Shown here in pieces: positions 9,484 to 18,727 of a stretch of 64,000 nt of DNA; within the stretch, counting starts at the first letter, position 1; each line of letters opens with the position of its first letter. The DNA is from an uncultured Gammaproteobacteria bacterium (GTDB taxonomy: Bacteria; Pseudomonadota; Gammaproteobacteria; Pseudomonadales; Azotimanducaceae), in NCBI GenBank assembly GCA_913052265.1, contig CAJXDK010000002.1:33241-97240 (forward strand), given 5' to 3'. The notes beneath the pieces are model-generated. The model saw only the letters and a list, made by a program, of their open reading frames with translations. It was not told the origin of the DNA and did no database searches. A program made the position numbers and the translations under genes.

Positions 9484-10736
9484 GGCGTTGCCGCCTCGCC
9501 GGTGTGGCCGAATCTTTCGGCCACCAAACAGCCGACCAAATCGCCTTCGACATTTACTGCGGTGCGGAATGTATCCAGTGGGCGCTCGATGATTAGTAGT
9601 AGCCCGATGGCCTCTAAGGGAATGCCCGCGGCAATTAAAACCAACTGCATGCCGGCCATTGACCCCGACGGCATGCCCGGTGCCCCCACGGACGACAGCA
9701 TGGCAACGATGAAGACAGCAACTATGCCCACCGTGCCGAGTTCCACACCAAACATGTAGGCGAGAAACACCGCAGCGACGCCTTCAAACAAAGCCGTTCC
9801 GTCCATGTTAGCAGTAGCGCCCAGCGGCAGGACAAAAGCGCTGCGCGCGCGTTGCACCTGCAGCTGCTGCTCGGCGGTGGTCATTGAAAGCGGCAGGGTG
9901 GCGGCGCTGGATGAGGTTGCGAGCGCTGTGATTAATGGCTGCAGGATCAGGCGCAGGAAGCGCCAGGGTGCAATCCCGGATACCCACCAAGCCAGGATCG
10001 GTAATATCAGTAGGCCATGGACCATGGTTGCGCCCAATACCACGCCGGCGAATTGTGCAAGGGCGGAAACGGTATCCAAATTAATCTGTGCAGAAAGCTG
10101 ATAGGTCACTGCGAATAAACCCAGTGGTAGCGCTGTTAGTACCCAGCCGGCAAGACGGTATACACCCTGAGTAATATCCGACAGTAGCCGCGGCAATGGC
10201 GAGTCATCTTGTATGGTCAGGGCGGTGGCTGTGCCGAACAGTATCGCGACCACAAGGATGCCAAGAATATTCATTTCACCGAGTGCGGTGAACGGGTTGC
10301 TGAGCATTCTTTGCAATAACGAGTTAGCTAATGCAAATAAGGAGCCGTCGCCGGGGTCGATCAGGCGTGGAGCTGTTGCGCCGACGCTGGCATAGGCGCC
10401 AGGATCTTCAACCAGCGGCGCGAAGGCAGTCCAGGGGTGAATAAAAAACACCACGATCAGGCCTATGGTCACAGCGATTGCAGTGGTAAAGAGATAATAG
10501 CCAAGGGTGACTGCGCCGAGGCGCCCCATGCTGCGGGTATTGCGCAATTCCATAACGCCGCTGATCAGCGAGAAGAAAATCAACGGGGCGATAAGCATTT
10601 TCAGAGCCGCAAAAAAAGCGCTGCGTAGCAGCTCGGTGAGCTGTTGTAACCACTCCATGGGCGGCAAAAATTGCGCGCATAGCCAGCCAAGGAGGGCCGC
10701 ACCAACAACCAGAAACGCAAATTTTGGTGAATTCAT
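9480..10736 (-). CDS. Dicarboxylate/amino acid:cation symporter (DAACS)
   Basis: TALATSSSAATLP, VLPLGATANMDGTALFE, DTFRTAVNVEGD. Confidence 0.9.
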   Translation of the reverse strand: MNSPKFAFLVVGAALLGWLCAQFLPPMEWLQQLTELLRSAFFAALKMLIAPLIFFSLISGVMELRNTRSMGRLGAVTLGYYLFTTAIAVTIGLIVVFFIHPWTAFAPLVEDPGAYASVGATAPRLIDPGDGSLFALANSLLQRMLSNPFTALGEMNILGILVVAILFGTATALTIQDDSPLPRLLSDITQGVYRLAGWVLTALPLGLFAVTYQLSAQINLDTVSALAQFAGVVLGATMVHGLLILPILAWWVSGIAPWRFLRLILQPLITALATSSSAATLPLSMTTAEQQLQVQRARSAFVLPLGATANMDGTALFEGVAAVFLAYMFGVELGTVGIVAVFIVAMLSSVGAPGMPSGSMAGMQLVLIAAGIPLEAIGLLLIIERPLDTFRTAVNVEGDLVGCLVAERFGHTGEAATP

Positions 10737-10856
10737 GTGAGTCCGTCACTCCGATTTCCAAGCGCGCCAGTGTAATCGGCTGCTGCCCTGAGTTGCCAGT
10801 CGGTGGCGCAATTTTGTTATGGTGCCGTATCTGATGATATCGACGATGGGAGCCGT

Positions 10857-11894
10857 ATGAACGGGTTGCAGTGGCCACGATATGGTCGAATCTGGCTATT
10901 GCTCGCGGCAACACTGAGCGGTTGCGGCGGATCGCAATGGCCGGTTTACGAAGCTATGCAGGGCTCGACCATGGGCACTTATTACCGTGTCCAATATGCG
11001 CTGTCGGAGGCCTGCCGACCGAGCCAATTTGCCGTAGAGCAGCAGTTGATAAGATTCAACCAAAGTCTGTCGACGTACATAGAGGACTCGGAGCTGAGTC
11101 TGCTAAACCGGGCGCCAGCACAGCAAGTTAGCCCCATCAGTGAACGCCTCGATCTGGCCCTGACCGCTGCACTGGAACTTTGGCGAGATACGGGCGGAGC
11201 ATTTGATGTCACAGTAGGCCCGCTGGTTAATCTTTGGGGCTTTGGGCCAGATCAGCCAAAGCAGTGGCCGCCCAGCGACTTATTACAAGCCGAGGCCGCC
11301 GCAAGCGTTGGAATGCAGCATATCCAACTGCTGCCAGACGGGAAGATTCGTAAAAGTTTTGCCGCAACCTATATCGATTTGTCCGCTATCGCCAAGGGGC
11401 AAGCCGTTGACGAGGTTAGCCAAGTGCTCGCCGGTCTCGGGTGTAAGCATTTTCTGGTGGATATAGGCGGCGAGGTTAGAGCGACGGGATTGAACAACAA
11501 AGGCCGTGCATGGCGCGTTGGCATAGAAGCGCCAATGCCAGGACGGCAGGGTACTGTGCAAAGAGTACTTAGTGTGTCTGATCAAAGTGTTGCGACCTCG
11601 GGTGACTACCGTAATTTTCGTCGGGTTGACGGGTTGCGGGTGGATCATGTCATCGACCCGAGAAGCGGCGTTCCTGCATCCAATAACGTGGTTTCTGTGA
11701 CTGTAGTGCATCCAAGTGCTATGTGGGCTGATGCTTACGCAACGGCCCTGATGGTACTTGGTGTTGAGGAGGGGCTTGCCTTCGCGGAGGCGCGTGACCT
11801 TGCGGTACTAATCCTGACAAAAAGTGCCGACGCTACAGTCGCTGAGCGGTATACTGCGCCCATGCAACCCTATCTGTTAAGTAGTGCGGAGTAA
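10857..11894 (+). CDS. apbE: FAD:protein FMN transferase (lipoprotein)
   Basis: Lipobox LSGC, GSTMGT, GAFDVTVGPLV.LWGFG, DLSAIAKG, DIGGE, ATSGDYR, DAYATAL. Confidence 0.92.
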   Translation: MNGLQWPRYGRIWLLLAATLSGCGGSQWPVYEAMQGSTMGTYYRVQYALSEACRPSQFAVEQQLIRFNQSLSTYIEDSELSLLNRAPAQQVSPISERLDLALTAALELWRDTGGAFDVTVGPLVNLWGFGPDQPKQWPPSDLLQAEAAASVGMQHIQLLPDGKIRKSFAATYIDLSAIAKGQAVDEVSQVLAGLGCKHFLVDIGGEVRATGLNNKGRAWRVGIEAPMPGRQGTVQRVLSVSDQSVATSGDYRNFRRVDGLRVDHVIDPRSGVPASNNVVSVTVVHPSAMWADAYATALMVLGVEEGLAFAEARDLAVLILTKSADATVAERYTAPMQPYLLSSAE

Positions 11895-11902
11895 GCCAAG
11901 TA

Positions 11903-12118
11903 ATGACCACTTTGTTTTTCGCGTTCGGATTTATGCTGTTAATGGTCGCTTTGATGGCCGTGGGCGTAGTCTTTGGCCGCAAGCCGATTGCGGGAAGTTG
12001 CGGCGGCATGAAAGCGCTGGGCATGGAAATGGAATGCGAGATCTGCGGTGGCGACCCTCAGCAATGCGACACTGGGCTAGAGACTATTGATCGGCTGGCT
12101 ACCCGCCGCGGGGACTAG
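11903..12118 (+). CDS. nqrM: Na(+)-NQR maturation factor
   Basis: N-terminal TM, MAVGV.FGRKPI.GSCGG, then C..C and a fourth Cys. Directly follows apbE. Confidence 0.9.
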   Translation: MTTLFFAFGFMLLMVALMAVGVVFGRKPIAGSCGGMKALGMEMECEICGGDPQQCDTGLETIDRLATRRGD

Positions 12119-12145
12119 ATTGCCAACGCCTATCGGACCACGCGC

Positions 12146-13402
12146 ATGAGCAGTTTGAGCTGGGTTCTTGCGCTCAGGTTTGTGCTCAGTCCGATCAGCA
12201 GTTTTTCCTACGTCAGTAAGCTCGCGTTTGCGGGCCTGATCGTAAGCACCGGCGTGCTGCTGCTGGTGCTCTCTGTGGTCAATGGTTTTGACCGGGAACT
12301 GCGTGATCGGGTGCTCGCGGTAAATCCGCATTTCGTGGTATCTCTGCCCGGCGGAATTGCACCGGCCGATACCCGAGTAGACGCGGAAACATTGGCAGCA
12401 AACGGCATCCAGCATCTGGTACCCGTAGTTCACGCAACGGTGGTATTGGCAGCCAATAAAAAACTCGCCACGGCGCAATTGAAGGGCGTGAATCCGCAGG
12501 ATTATTCGCGAGTGAGTAACGTTGGTTCCTTTTTAACGGTTGATGCTCTAGGAGCTGGACCGGCTGCCGGCACGCTTGCGATTCTGGAGCAGCAGCGTTT
12601 TGCAATTGCGTTAGGCCAATCCATCGCTAAACGCCTCGGAGTAAGCGTGGGCGACCGTATCGTGGTCATGCTCGCTGAACCTAAAGCGTCCATTGCTGGC
12701 CCGATCGTTCGCCAAAAGCGCTTTGAAGTCGTCGATGTGTTCGACAGCGGTTCTCAGCTCGATGGCCAAGGCGTTTTTGTCGGTATGCGCAGTGCGCAAG
12801 GATTGTTGCAGTTAGGTAATCGCATAAATGGCCTTGATGGTCGCTTAGTGGGATTGTTTGATTTCGCAACAGCCCAGCGATTTATGCGCGCCCAATTTCC
12901 CAGCGCAACCGGTGTGCGCAGTTGGATGTCCACCTACGGTAATCTGTACCAAGCCATTGCCGTCCAGAAGGTCACGATGTTCGCGCTGTTTTCATTGCTG
13001 ATCGGCGTTGCCGCCTTCAATCTGGTGTCTAGTCTGATGATGATGGTCGAGCGGCATACAGCGGATATTGCGGTTCTTCGAAGCATGGGCGCGACGGGCG
13101 CTCAAATTGTTGGACTGTTTTGTTCTTTGGGGATGTTGTTGGGCGCCGGTGGTATCGGGCTGGGCTTGTTAATAGGCTGGCTTGCGGCGCTCGGATTGGA
13201 GCAGTTTTTTCCGTTCCTGCAATGGATCCTAGGTTTTGATTTGATGAGCCAGTATTTTATTTCTTATTTGCCCGTGGATGTGCAGCTGACGGATATGCTG
13301 AACATATTTGTATTTGCGATCGGCTTAGCATTTTTGGCGAGCGTCTATCCCGCTTGGCGTGCGGCTAAACTTTTACCCTCCAGAGTGCTCGCCTATGAAT
13401 GA
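12146..13402 (+). CDS. lolC: Lipoprotein-releasing ABC transporter permease (LolC/E family)
   Basis: LSVVNGFDREL..RVL, VAAFNLVSSLMMMV, DIAVLRSMGA, ASVYPAWRAA. Confidence 0.85.
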   Translation: MSSLSWVLALRFVLSPISSFSYVSKLAFAGLIVSTGVLLLVLSVVNGFDRELRDRVLAVNPHFVVSLPGGIAPADTRVDAETLAANGIQHLVPVVHATVVLAANKKLATAQLKGVNPQDYSRVSNVGSFLTVDALGAGPAAGTLAILEQQRFAIALGQSIAKRLGVSVGDRIVVMLAEPKASIAGPIVRQKRFEVVDVFDSGSQLDGQGVFVGMRSAQGLLQLGNRINGLDGRLVGLFDFATAQRFMRAQFPSATGVRSWMSTYGNLYQAIAVQKVTMFALFSLLIGVAAFNLVSSLMMMVERHTADIAVLRSMGATGAQIVGLFCSLGMLLGAGGIGLGLLIGWLAALGLEQFFPFLQWILGFDLMSQYFISYLPVDVQLTDMLNIFVFAIGLAFLASVYPAWRAAKLLPSRVLAYE

Positions 13403-14093
13403 CGGCGTTATGTTGACGGCCCAAGGACTGCATAAAAGCTTCTGGCAAAACTCTCTGGAAGTGCCGGTGCTCAAGGGCGTGGATCTGCAGTTGGTGAAAG
13501 GGGAACATTTAGCCGTGGTCGGCCGCTCCGGTTCGGGTAAGAGCAGTCTGTTGCATTTGCTGGCTGGATTGGATTCTGCCGATAGCGGCACTGTAGAAAT
13601 CGATGGGGTCGACTTGCTGGCCGCTGATGCTAATGGTCGAGCTCGGATACGCCGCGAGAAAATGGGTTTTGTGTATCAGCAACATCATTTGCTGGCCGAG
13701 TTTTCGGCCGAGGAAAACGTTGCGCTGCCGCAGCGACTGCTGGGTATCGGCGAATCGTCAGCGCGAAAGGCAGCCCGCGAGATGCTGGCGTTAGTGGGGT
13801 TGGAGGATCGCTTGAGTCATCTACCTAGTGCGTTGTCAGGCGGCGAGCGACAGCGCGTCGCTGTTGCGAGAGCACTGGTGAACAAACCCCAAGTGGTTTT
13901 GGCAGATGAACCCACCGGCAGTCTAGATCGAGCCAGTGCGGAGATTTTGATGGATTTGCTGTCTAACCTCAGCAGGGCTCAGGGTACGTCTTTTGTGGTG
14001 GTCACTCATGATGTCTCCATGTTGCAACGGTTTGATCGAGTAGAGTCCTTGGATGCAGGAAAATTACTGCCCCTGCATTCCGCGGTGAGGTAG
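13395..14093 (+). CDS. lolD: Lipoprotein-releasing ABC transporter ATPase
   Basis: GRSGSGKS Walker A, GFVYQ.HHLLAEFSA.ENV, LSGGERQR, LADEPTGSLD. Confidence 0.93.
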   Translation: MNDGVMLTAQGLHKSFWQNSLEVPVLKGVDLQLVKGEHLAVVGRSGSGKSSLLHLLAGLDSADSGTVEIDGVDLLAADANGRARIRREKMGFVYQQHHLLAEFSAEENVALPQRLLGIGESSARKAAREMLALVGLEDRLSHLPSALSGGERQRVAVARALVNKPQVVLADEPTGSLDRASAEILMDLLSNLSRAQGTSFVVVTHDVSMLQRFDRVESLDAGKLLPLHSAVR

Positions 14094-15329
14094 ATGGCCG
14101 CCGCGGTGCCTTTAAGTTTGTCGATGGCAACACGACTGATCGCTCGCGGTGGACGCGGTTTTTCGCGATTTGTAAGTTGGATTTCAGTGATTGGACTCAC
14201 CCTAGGTGTCATGTCCCTGACTGCGGTAATGGCAGTCATGAATGGCTTTGATCAGGAGCTTAAACAGCGCTTGTTAGGTGCCATTCCCCACATCACCATA
14301 GCGGACGCCCGAATGACGCCGCAGCTGCTGGAATTTGCCGAGACAGATTCCAGGATTCGACAAATCGCACCGTATTTTCGCGGCTTTGGCGTGATCACGC
14401 ACAACGGCAGGGTTCAGCCAGTGACTGCGGTTGCATTGGATGAGAGCGGATTCAAAGCGCAACCACAATTACTTGAGGCGCTATCAAACCAGGCGCTTGA
14501 GGCACTAAGCGAGGCGCCTAATGGTGTATTGGTCGGTAGACCCCTCGCGCGCGCTTTGGGTTTGCTACAGGGCGATAATTTGAGCCTGTTATTGAGTGTT
14601 CCAAAGGGCGAGAGCCTCGGTTCCCGGTTGTTACGGCTGCAGGTTGTTGGGACATTCGAACTTGGTGCCGACCCGGATTACGGGCTGCTGCTGCTAAATC
14701 TTGGCGCCAGATCCCCTGAGGTTTGGCGCGGATTTGGAGAGACAGGGTTGCGCCTTCAGTTACATAACGCGTTAGACGCTGAAACGTTAGTGGCAGATTT
14801 AACTGCCCCAACGGATCTTTGGGCAGAGCAATCTGAGATTACGGTCAGTAGCTGGGTGGAGGAGTACGGCGAATTGTTTCAAGCAGTGGCTTTGGAAAAG
14901 ACCCTGATGGCCACGCTGCTGCTGTTGGTCATTGCCATTGCTGGTTTCAATATCGTGTCTGGGCAGATCATGATGGTCAATGATAAGCGTGCAGATATCG
15001 CAATTTTGCGCACTATGGGTGCTGATCAATCCTTGGTGCGGAGGGTTTTTCTATTGCAGGGGTCTCTGGTGGGCTTGGTAGGTACCGCAACTGGACTTAT
15101 CGCTGGGGTGCTGCTCGCCCAGCAGATCAATCAGATAGTCGACGCGCTTGAATGGTTGACGGGCCGCCATCTTCTGGACGGATCTTATTTTGTTGAAGTT
15201 CCAAGCCGGATCAGCGGAGCTGATCTGCTGCTAACTGGGCTGGTAGCCGCAGGTCTAGCGGTGTGGGCGGCCTGGTTGCCGGCGCATCGCGCGAGTCAAA
15301 TGAACCCGGTGGCAAATCTGAAGGTATAA
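14094..15329 (+). CDS. lolE: Lipoprotein-releasing ABC transporter permease (LolC/E family)
   Basis: FSRFVSWIS.IGL.LGV, VMNGFDQEL..RLLG, IAGFNIVS, DIAILRTMGA. Confidence 0.85.
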   Translation: MAAAVPLSLSMATRLIARGGRGFSRFVSWISVIGLTLGVMSLTAVMAVMNGFDQELKQRLLGAIPHITIADARMTPQLLEFAETDSRIRQIAPYFRGFGVITHNGRVQPVTAVALDESGFKAQPQLLEALSNQALEALSEAPNGVLVGRPLARALGLLQGDNLSLLLSVPKGESLGSRLLRLQVVGTFELGADPDYGLLLLNLGARSPEVWRGFGETGLRLQLHNALDAETLVADLTAPTDLWAEQSEITVSSWVEEYGELFQAVALEKTLMATLLLLVIAIAGFNIVSGQIMMVNDKRADIAILRTMGADQSLVRRVFLLQGSLVGLVGTATGLIAGVLLAQQINQIVDALEWLTGRHLLDGSYFVEVPSRISGADLLLTGLVAAGLAVWAAWLPAHRASQMNPVANLKV

Positions 15330-15352
15330 CTGTGGTCGCAGCCGCTGTGCGG

Positions 15353-15859
15353 TTAATTGTTGCGGTTGCGCCATTTTGCGACGGTGTGCGCACGCCAGAC
15401 CAGTCGCGCCAAAACGAAACCACTAACTGCGCTTACCCATGAGCAAACCAAGCAACCCACCAAAAATGGGTAGCCGATTCGCGCTGCGTTGTCGAAAAAC
15501 CAGGTAAAGGTCCAACCAAAGTCGTCTATCGACGCCTCGACGCCTATTAACCATGCCCCTAATTTGTATGCAAAGTAAAACATTGGCCCGATAGTCACTG
15601 GGTTACTTACCCATACCAAAGCAACGCTGATAGGCAAATTGGCCTTGAGCCAGATTGCCGCCAGCGCGGCCAATAGCATCTGCGACGGGACCGGGAGAAA
15701 CGCACAAAATAGGCCGATGGAAACCGCGATAGAAACCGAGCGACGGTTTACATGCCAGAGCTGCGAATGTCCAAGCAAATGGGCGACGGGTTGAAGGGTC
15801 GAATTCCTACGAATCTTATCGGCAGTCGGTAGGTATTTTAGAATAATCTTTTTTGGCAT
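15353..15859 (-). CDS. DUF2062 domain membrane protein
   Basis: LWHVNRRSVS.AV.IGLF.AFLP.P.QM, ANLPISVALVWVSNP.T. Usual position between lolE and comEC. Confidence 0.88.
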   Translation of the reverse strand: MPKKIILKYLPTADKIRRNSTLQPVAHLLGHSQLWHVNRRSVSIAVSIGLFCAFLPVPSQMLLAALAAIWLKANLPISVALVWVSNPVTIGPMFYFAYKLGAWLIGVEASIDDFGWTFTWFFDNAARIGYPFLVGCLVCSWVSAVSGFVLARLVWRAHTVAKWRNRNN

Positions 15860-15959
15860 AACTGCATTGTTAGGTTGGCGTTCAATAGGATCGCCAAACA
15901 GATGACGGTGGAGTTAAAGCATTAGGCCTAATGTAAATCATATCCTGATCGCAGGCATT

Positions 15960-18050
15960 GTGATTGCTGTATTTCGTGTTGGCTTTACTTGGTATCAGGT
16001 GGTAACGAGCGTTCTGCCCGAGTGCGCCCTTCAGCAGAGTGTCCGATTGCGACTGACAGTCGACGAGTTGCAGCAGCACTCGCCAGAGCAAATTCAGGGT
16101 CGATTTGGTGTCGTCACCTTCATAAATGGCGATTGTGCAGCGTTAGAGGGGAACAGCCTGCGGCTGAGTTGGCGTAACCCGGTGGATGAGTTAGTCGCTG
16201 GCGACATTATTGTTGCGAGCGTGCGCTTAAAGCCGCCTTGGGGCAGCCTAAACGCCGGTGGCTTTGATTATCAGCAGTGGCTGCTCGCGTCGGGCTATAA
16301 CGCCACTGGGTACATAAAGTATGGACAGCTCGAGAGCTCGCAGCATCGCCCTAAAGTCGCGCAGTGGGTTCGTTCCGTTGTTACCAGCGCAGGGTTGGTT
16401 GAATCCGCTGCGCTTATGGCGCTCGCCTTGGGTGACAAGGGAGGCGTTGCCCCTGAGGATTGGCGGCGACTTCGGAATACCGGCACTGTTCATCTGTTTA
16501 TCGTGTCAGGGCTGCATGTTGGTCTAATTGGTGGCTGGCTGTATTTGTTCTGTTTGATGTCCGTGCGCTTGTTTGGCTGGTGCTTGCGAAAAGTAGTCCA
16601 TGGCCATCGTCTCGCCGTAATGGTCTCGCTGTTAGGGGTAGCGTGCTACGCGTGGCTTAGCGGGCTGCAACCCCCCGTGCTGCGGGCCTCATTGATGGCC
16701 GCAATTGTAGTGCTCGCGGATTTGACCCAGCGACGCTCTGTGCCTTTGCGACTGCTGCTACTGGCATTTATTGTGTCCGTGGTGCTGCAGCCCCTCGCGA
16801 TTTTTAAGCAGGGATTTTGGTTGTCTTATTTCGCCGTCGCCGGGTTGTGTTGGGCGGTTGTCGGATACCGCAGATTGCCGACCAAGGTGATCGCTTTTGT
16901 ACGCGTGCAATTTGTTCTCTTTGTTTTGATGGCACCGATTTTAGGTGTCTGGGTGGGCGCAATACCGTTGCTTAGTATCCCGGCAAACCTATGTGCAGTG
17001 CCAGCCATTACGCTCGTCGCATTGCCAAGTTTGCTACTGGGTATCCTGCTTGAGCCGTTGGCACCTACCGCGAGCAGTGGCTTGCTCGGTCTCGCCGATC
17101 TTAGCGTCATTACCACAAAGGCACTCTTGGATACATTGACTCGGGTCATGCCGTTGCGCTTGCAAAGTATTGGCTATTTCCCGCTCGCCACTGCGCTCGT
17201 CGGCGGCCTCTCTGCGTTGGCCTATTGCTTGCCTATGCCCAGAGCCGGTAAATGTGTCGCCCTACTTGGATTGTCATGCCTTTTACTTGCTAATCGAAGC
17301 GGCGTGAGCTTCGGTCAGGTTCGATTGCAGGTGCTGGACGTAGGACAGGGCAGTGCGGCGATTATAGATACTCGAACTCGGCGTTTGGTGGTTGATGCAG
17401 GTCCCAAATCCGAGAACCGATTCGACGCCGGCGAGTCGATAGTCATTCCCGCTCTACGCAGTACTGGATTCGATCAGGTAGATTTGGTCATGCTCACGCA
17501 TATGGATAATGATCACGCTGGAGGGCGCGCGGCGTTGGAGCGGCGTTATCCAAATGCTGAACAGATGTTTGGTGCGAATGCGTGTGTGCATAATAAATCG
17601 TGGTTCTGGGACGGCGTGCGATTCACTGTTCTGCAGCATGTCAAAGGCGTTAGCCGGAACGATCGCTCGTGTACGCTGTTGGTGGAAAGTGGCTTCATAG
17701 GTGATCGTCCGACGCATGCGGTGTATCTGAGCGGGGATGTGTCTACTGCGGCGGAGGAGGTTTTGCTGAATTGGTTGCCGAGGGGGGTTGCGTTGCTGAT
17801 TACACCACATCACGGCAGCCGATCTTCATCGTCTTCGGCTTTCGTGCGGCACTTGGCGCCAATGTGGGCGGTGCATAGTGCGGGTCGGTTCAATCGCTAT
17901 GGTCACCCGCGCGACATCGTGGTTCAGCGATACGCATTGGAGGGCGCGGCTCAGGTGATTACTGGGGTGTCTGGAGGAATTACTTGGAGCAGTTTCTCCG
18001 CAGAGCACCTGTTTACTCAGCGTCAGCGTTGGTTTGATGCTCAGCGATGA
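15960..18050 (+). CDS. comEC: DNA internalization competence protein ComEC/Rec2
   Basis: NAGGFDY, TGTVHLFIVSGLHVG, LDVGQG, THMDNDHAGG metallo-beta-lactamase motif, PHHGSRSSSS, NRYGHP. Start uncertain. Confidence 0.9.
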   Translation: MIAVFRVGFTWYQVVTSVLPECALQQSVRLRLTVDELQQHSPEQIQGRFGVVTFINGDCAALEGNSLRLSWRNPVDELVAGDIIVASVRLKPPWGSLNAGGFDYQQWLLASGYNATGYIKYGQLESSQHRPKVAQWVRSVVTSAGLVESAALMALALGDKGGVAPEDWRRLRNTGTVHLFIVSGLHVGLIGGWLYLFCLMSVRLFGWCLRKVVHGHRLAVMVSLLGVACYAWLSGLQPPVLRASLMAAIVVLADLTQRRSVPLRLLLLAFIVSVVLQPLAIFKQGFWLSYFAVAGLCWAVVGYRRLPTKVIAFVRVQFVLFVLMAPILGVWVGAIPLLSIPANLCAVPAITLVALPSLLLGILLEPLAPTASSGLLGLADLSVITTKALLDTLTRVMPLRLQSIGYFPLATALVGGLSALAYCLPMPRAGKCVALLGLSCLLLANRSGVSFGQVRLQVLDVGQGSAAIIDTRTRRLVVDAGPKSENRFDAGESIVIPALRSTGFDQVDLVMLTHMDNDHAGGRAALERRYPNAEQMFGANACVHNKSWFWDGVRFTVLQHVKGVSRNDRSCTLLVESGFIGDRPTHAVYLSGDVSTAAEEVLLNWLPRGVALLITPHHGSRSSSSSAFVRHLAPMWAVHSAGRFNRYGHPRDIVVQRYALEGAAQVITGVSGGITWSSFSAEHLFTQRQRWFDAQR

Positions 18051-18555
18051 TCTGTGCCGCGTCTGCCTGGCGAATCAATTTTTTTAACGAATCCAGGAGT
18101 TCGGTTTGTTCTTCCGGGTTCAGAAAACGGCCGATTTCGAGCTCGGTACCTCTGTGTACAAGGGATACCTTTTTGCGGTACCAAGGATGGAGTGCCGGCT
18201 GCACCTGAATTTTGGTAAAGAAGCGCTGCCATTGATAGGTTTGTTGAGGCCGCTTGATGCCGACTTCGAGAGTAATCGTTTCGGGTGTCAGCGACAGTAC
18301 CTCCTGGAGGCTTGATCGCCGCAAGCACAGCCATAAACAGTAGCTCAGTACGGCCATCTCTAAAGCGGTAAAAGGCAGAACCACCCAATAACCCATAGCA
18401 GTGAAGGTCAGCGCAATGCTAAATGAAACGGTCATCATGAACATTAGGAAATATCCCAGTGCCTTCCAACTTAAAGAGTGATTTGGCTGCATGGTAATTG
18501 TGCCAATCACGGAATCAGAGCGTTCATTGGGCGCATGCGAAATGCAGGTAATCAT
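18013..18555 (-). CDS. DUF2244 domain membrane protein
   Basis: PN.SLSW, two TMs, GYWVVLPF..LE, E.GRFLN..E. Start placed at ATG 18555. Confidence 0.8.
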   Translation of the reverse strand: MITCISHAPNERSDSVIGTITMQPNHSLSWKALGYFLMFMMTVSFSIALTFTAMGYWVVLPFTALEMAVLSYCLWLCLRRSSLQEVLSLTPETITLEVGIKRPQQTYQWQRFFTKIQVQPALHPWYRKKVSLVHRGTELEIGRFLNPEEQTELLDSLKKLIRQADAAQIIAEHQTNADAE

Positions 18556-18645
18556 TGGCGTCGAGATGTTGAATAAACTAATTGCAGTTGAATAGATGTG
18601 TTGTCGAAATGCTGTGAAATCAGTCACCCACAATTGGTACAAGCG

Positions 18646-18673
18646 CTTGAAAATATCGATTATGGCCGCAGTT
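18646..18673 (+). promoter_or_regulatory. Sigma32 (RpoH)-type promoter for clpB
   Basis: CTTGAAA-N13-CCGCAGTT versus consensus CTTGAAA-N13/14-CCCCATNT, 55 nt upstream of a heat-shock chaperone gene. Confidence 0.65.
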
Positions 18674-18727
18674 TAGCTTTGAAGTAACCGAACGTGTAAG
18701 GCAGAAAAGCGCGCAGGCAGAGTATCG

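Noticed and set aside
10408-10914. 168-aa minus-strand ORF overlapping the DAACS gene start
   Set aside because: Alternative frame over a well-supported gene, with no protein-like motifs.
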